DNA of 45,427 nt, from the IMG/VR virus record IMGVR_UViG_3300045988_099759; one strand, written 5' to 3'. A model generated the notes under the pieces. The model had not been told where the DNA came from and searched no databases. It saw only the letters and a program-made list of their open reading frames with translations. Position numbers and translations under genes: made by a program. Below, one piece after another: positions 42,923-45,427 of this stretch (position 1 is the stretch's first letter; the number at the start of each line of letters is the position of its first letter). Origin of the DNA: a virus.

Positions 42923-43117
42923 GTGAGATTTATGGCATTTGCACAGGCCCGCCAGAAAGCAGGTCTTTCCCAAGCGCAGGTAGCAAAGGAACTCGGTGTT
43001 GACCAGTCGGCTGTATGCCGCTGGGAAACCGGCGAGAACATGCCCCGTGCCGCATCGCTCGTCCTTATGGCCAAGCTCTACGGCTGCACCGTAGACGAAC
43101 TTTTAAGAAAGGAGTAA
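42923..43117 (+). CDS. Cro-like XRE-family HTH protein
   Basis: 64 aa. 'LSQAQVAKELGVDQSAVCRWETGENMP'. GGGAGGTGA SD. Confidence 0.8.
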   Translation: MRFMAFAQARQKAGLSQAQVAKELGVDQSAVCRWETGENMPRAASLVLMAKLYGCTVDELLRKE

Positions 43118-43122
43118 CCCAC

Positions 43123-43401
43123 ATGCAGGTAATAAACCTTATTGGCCTTTCTGAGGACGATTTCTTAGCCTGCGCCGAAGATGGGCTCAAACGTAAAATC
43201 GAGCGTCATCAAAAGCTTATGCTAACAGCGGCATCACTTTGTATATCGTCCGCGGAAGAGTACAAAAAACAGTGCCAAAAGGACGAGCTTCATGAAGCCC
43301 AGCTGACAGGCGCTCTCCATCAAGTTCAAATGCGGCGCTATGACCTTAAATACGGTTATCCAGACTCAATGATAGTAAAGGAGGTTTCCCATGCCCCGTG
43401 A
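43123..43401 (+). CDS. Hypothetical protein (92 aa)
   Basis: AAGGAG SD upstream of the ATG at 43123. Confidence 0.55.
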   Translation: MQVINLIGLSEDDFLACAEDGLKRKIERHQKLMLTAASLCISSAEEYKKQCQKDELHEAQLTGALHQVQMRRYDLKYGYPDSMIVKEVSHAP

Positions 43402-43588
43402 AAAGCCCCTCTACCGTGACACCCTTGTCACCGTCCGTGCCCGCGCTGCCGAGCTTTACCCCGGTGAGATTCTTTTCGGCCCCACCAAGGTTGCAAAGAT
43501 TCTCGGCCGCTCCCGCAGCTGGGTCTGGATGCACTATGGCAGCATCCGCAACATGACCTGTGAGCAGATTGCAAGCCTTATCAGCTGA
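43391..43588 (+). CDS. Small DNA-binding protein, excisionase-like (tentative)
   Basis: 65 aa. 'GPTKVAKILGRSRSWVWMHY' resembles Xis/MerR-type HTH segments. AGGAGG SD. Confidence 0.4.
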   Translation: MPREKPLYRDTLVTVRARAAELYPGEILFGPTKVAKILGRSRSWVWMHYGSIRNMTCEQIASLIS

Positions 43589-43914
43589 CTACCAGCAACG
43601 GCTTTGCCCCGCAGCGCGTGGCAACGGCATTGCAGTGTGAAGCGCAGCCTATCCCCGCATCAGCATAGCTCGGAATAGCTGCGCAAAGCAGAGGCAAGGC
43701 TTGGCGGCGCATCGGCATTGTTGTGCAGTGCATTGGCAAGGCTGGGCAGGGCTGCGTAGCGCATCGGCATTGAGTTGCATGGCAAAGGCAAAGCGAAGCG
43801 CAGCAAAGCAATGGCATCGTTTAGAACGGCTTCTCAAGGCAGAGGCACAGCACTGAGATTCTACGCGAAGGCACCGAAAAGCAACCGATTTTATTTAAAA
43901 AGGAGACAACCACC
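43589..43914. repeat. 326-nt non-coding GGCA/GCA-rich degenerate repeat field upstream of the early operon
   Basis: The perfect 14-mer GCGCATCGGCATTG occurs twice (43707-20, 43759-72), with a related GGCAACGGCATTGCAGTG at about 43620. GCAGAGGCA occurs twice and GCAAAGC three times. Confidence 0.75.
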
Positions 43915-44520
43915 ATGAAAGTAAAAATCACCCTATTAGAAGAAGTCCTCGGCAGCAGCCCCAGCAATGAAGAACTTCTTGCAACCTACATTGCCAGCAA
44001 GGCCCCCACCGGCGGCCTTACCGCCGAAGAGGTGGACAACATCAAGGCCCAGAACGCCGAAGACCGCGTCACCGTCTTTCCCAAAACCGCCGACGGAACG
44101 CCGTTCCTGTATGACTATCAGGTGAAAGGCATGTTCAAGGATTCCTGCAAGATGCTTGCCAAAGCTGGCAAGGCTGGCTATGCAGGCGGCAAGGCTTGCG
44201 CAGCCATCAAGGCATATAAACAGGCCATCGACGGCTTGATTTTCGTCTACCCCCGCGAGATTCCCTACGACCTGCACGGCATGAAGGTTGATTTCTGCGA
44301 GCGCCCCCTGCGGGCACAGACCCCGATGGGCGAACGTGTCAGCATCGCCAAGAGCGAGAGCGTGCCTGCAGGAGCAACCGCAGAATTTGAAATCGAATGC
44401 CTGGATGAAAAGCTGGAAGATATGGTACGCGAATGCCTGGACTACGGCGCAAAGCGCGGCTTGGGCCAGTGGCGCAACTCCGGCAAGGGCCGCTTTGAAT
44501 GGGAGGAAATCAAAGAATGA
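43915..44520 (+). CDS. Hypothetical early protein with RAMP-like glycine-rich loop (tentative)
   Basis: 201 aa; AGGAGA SD. 'YDYQVKGMFKDSCK' and the C-terminal 'GLGQWRNSGKGRFEW'. Confidence 0.6.
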   Translation: MKVKITLLEEVLGSSPSNEELLATYIASKAPTGGLTAEEVDNIKAQNAEDRVTVFPKTADGTPFLYDYQVKGMFKDSCKMLAKAGKAGYAGGKACAAIKAYKQAIDGLIFVYPREIPYDLHGMKVDFCERPLRAQTPMGERVSIAKSESVPAGATAEFEIECLDEKLEDMVRECLDYGAKRGLGQWRNSGKGRFEWEEIKE

Positions 44521-44774
44521 TGGCAAAAACAAAAACGCCGCCCCGGTGCACCACCACCGGAACGGCAAAAAAACAGAGCATCGCAAAAAGCTCTAACTGT
44601 ATTCTATCACTTACCCGCGCCGCCGTCAAGCTGGCCGCCACCGCAGATTTGGTGCTGCTCCTGGCTGCGCTCGGTTCTCTCAACGTCCCCGGCATCGTCT
44701 GCACTGTGTTGGCCATCAACGCCCTGTGCGGGCTACTTTTAAAGCAGGAGGTATCTAACCATGAAAATGTATAA
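44517..44774 (+). CDS. Small membrane protein (85 aa)
   Basis: ATG overlaps the upstream TGA. Basic N-terminus, then hydrophobic 'LVLLLAALGSLNVPGIVCTVLAINALCGLLL'. Confidence 0.55.
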   Translation: MMAKTKTPPRCTTTGTAKKQSIAKSSNCILSLTRAAVKLAATADLVLLLAALGSLNVPGIVCTVLAINALCGLLLKQEVSNHENV

Positions 44775-45427
44775 AGGCTTTGATAAAGACCTGAAATGCC
44801 GTGATTTTCAGTACGAAATCGGCAAGACCTACGAGGAACCCACCGCCGAACTGTGCGAGAAAGGCTTCCACGCCTGCGAGTACCCGTTGGATGTATTTAG
44901 ATACTACTTCCCCGGAAGCATGAGCCGCTACTGTGAGGTTGATTTGGACGATGTGTGCGATAAAAAAAGCAACGAAGATAGCAAGCGCTGCGGCAAAAAG
45001 ATTGCTGTGAAAGCAGAAATCGGCATTGCTGGGCTTGTAAAAGCTGCCATTGAGTACACGATGGAGAAAGCCATCCCGGAAAACTCCGAACATGCTACAG
45101 GCGATTATGGCGCGGCATCTGCTACAGGCGATTATGGCGCGGCATCTGCTACAGGCTGGCGGGGCGCGGCATCTGCTACAGGCGATTATGGCGTGGCATC
45201 TGCTACAGGCGATTATGGCGTGGCATCTGCTACAGGCTGGCAGGGCGCGGCATCTGCTACAGGCGGTTATGGCGTGGCATCTGCTACAGGCCGGCGGGGC
45301 GCGGCATCTGCTACAGGCTGGCGGGGCGTGGCATCTGCTACAGGCAGTTATGGCGTGGCATCTGCTACAGGATGGCGGGGCGCGGCATCTGCTACAGGCG
45401 ATTATGGCGTGGCATCTGCTACAGGCG
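44761..45427 (+). CDS. 5' part of the DUF7666-like protein with twelve 9-aa repeats (continues at 1..260)
   Basis: AGGAGG SD. The N-terminal 'MKMYKGFDKDLKCRDFQYEIGKTYEE...CEKGFHACEYPLDVFRYY' matches the remembered DUF7666 N-terminal domain, followed by (A-T-G-x-x-G-A/V-A-S) repeats. Confidence 0.75.
   Translation, partial: MKMYKGFDKDLKCRDFQYEIGKTYEEPTAELCEKGFHACEYPLDVFRYYFPGSMSRYCEVDLDDVCDKKSNEDSKRCGKKIAVKAEIGIAGLVKAAIEYTMEKAIPENSEHATGDYGAASATGDYGAASATGWRGAASATGDYGVASATGDYGVASATGWQGAASATGGYGVASATGRRGAASATGWRGVASATGSYGVASATGWRGAASATGDYGVASATG
45094..45427 (+). repeat. 27-nt tandem repeat, 12 units plus a partial unit, in frame within a CDS
   Basis: Unit is GCTACAGGC-NNNNNN-GGCG(C/T)GGCATCT. 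The variable dipeptides are DY, WR, WQ, GY, RR and SY. The assembly junction falls inside the array. Confidence 0.9.

Larger units (their letters stand above)
1..45427. mobile_element. Complete, circularly closed temperate phage (prophage-type) genome, unit length about 45,373 bp
   Basis: Positions 1-54 equal 45374-45427, and one ORF reads in frame across that overlap. Integrase plus attP, a cI/cro-like switch, recombination/replication, packaging, capsid, portal, fibre and lysis genes are all present. Confidence 0.85.

Noticed and set aside
43589-43917. One plus-strand frame is open across the whole repeat field apart from two TAG codons, so it could be coding if TAG were read through.
   Set aside because: The other frames and the opposite strand are also largely open, because the composition is low in T. 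The translation (…LRKAEARLGGASALLCSALARLGRAA…) simply mirrors the DNA repeats. There is no start codon with an RBS.
45094-45427. The regularly spaced 27-nt repeats were considered as a possible CRISPR array.
   Set aside because: The units are contiguous with no spacers, lie in frame within an ORF and encode a 9-aa peptide repeat. No cas genes or leader are present.
1-45427. Genome-wide TAG (or TGA) stop-codon reassignment.
   Set aside because: Long genes such as terL, portal, capsid, endolysin, integrase and the fibres are intact under the standard code, and TGA and TAA are used normally. Only three TAGs end genes. The one at 11389 gives an implausible extension (PDERGAAVYAVQTADAGERP...) over a region already used by the next gene. 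At most, site-specific read-through is suggested.

Overview
The window is one complete, circularly closed temperate dsDNA phage or prophage genome. Positions 1-54 are identical to 45374-45427, giving a unit length of about 45,373 bp. The GC-rich sequence and the strong GGAGG-type ribosome-binding sites suggest a Firmicutes/Clostridia-type host, but that is inference only. Layout: (i) Lysogeny module, 39.7-43.6 kb: attP carrying a tRNA 3' end and six arm-type repeats, a tyrosine integrase, a membrane protein, a cI-like/cro-like switch and an Xis-like protein. (ii) Rightward early operon, running from about 43.9 kb across the junction to 9.5 kb: a RAMP-like protein, a DUF7666-like 9-aa-repeat protein, ERF annealase, NinB-like and HNH-like proteins, SSB, a DnaD-type replication protein, RusA, a triple-HTH protein, AT-richer small genes and an ArpU/sigma-like regulator. 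(iii) A bidirectional terminator near 9.53 kb, where the early operon meets a roughly 27-kb leftward late operon (37.2 to 9.55 kb). In transcription order this holds a TerS-like gene, a 0.9-kb non-coding region with tRNA-like elements, TerL, scaffold, major capsid, portal, adaptor, nozzle, two collagen-repeat fibres, endolysin and holin, three size-ordered internal-virion-type proteins, a mini sigma-region-4 protein and a five-gene cassette behind a terminator. No tail tube, sheath or tape-measure gene is visible, so the virion looks podovirus-like. (iv) A second divergent promoter/operator switch (RHH protein versus a J-domain operon) lies next to attP. Points most worth a second look: a single in-frame TAG separates the 993-aa and 1553-aa virion proteins, and a second gene also ends in TAG followed by an open, protein-like extension. 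A twin-hairpin element occurs three times in late intergenic gaps and shows compensatory base changes. The region upstream of terL holds an 8/4-geometry tRNA-Ser-like gene and a tRNA-like element lacking the anticodon arm. One Cys-rich gene is a frameshifted paralogue of another. A GGCA-rich repeat field precedes a RAMP-like early protein. No defence-system enzymes, CRISPR array or reverse transcriptase were seen. All functional calls rest on remembered family motifs and gene order, because no searches could be run.
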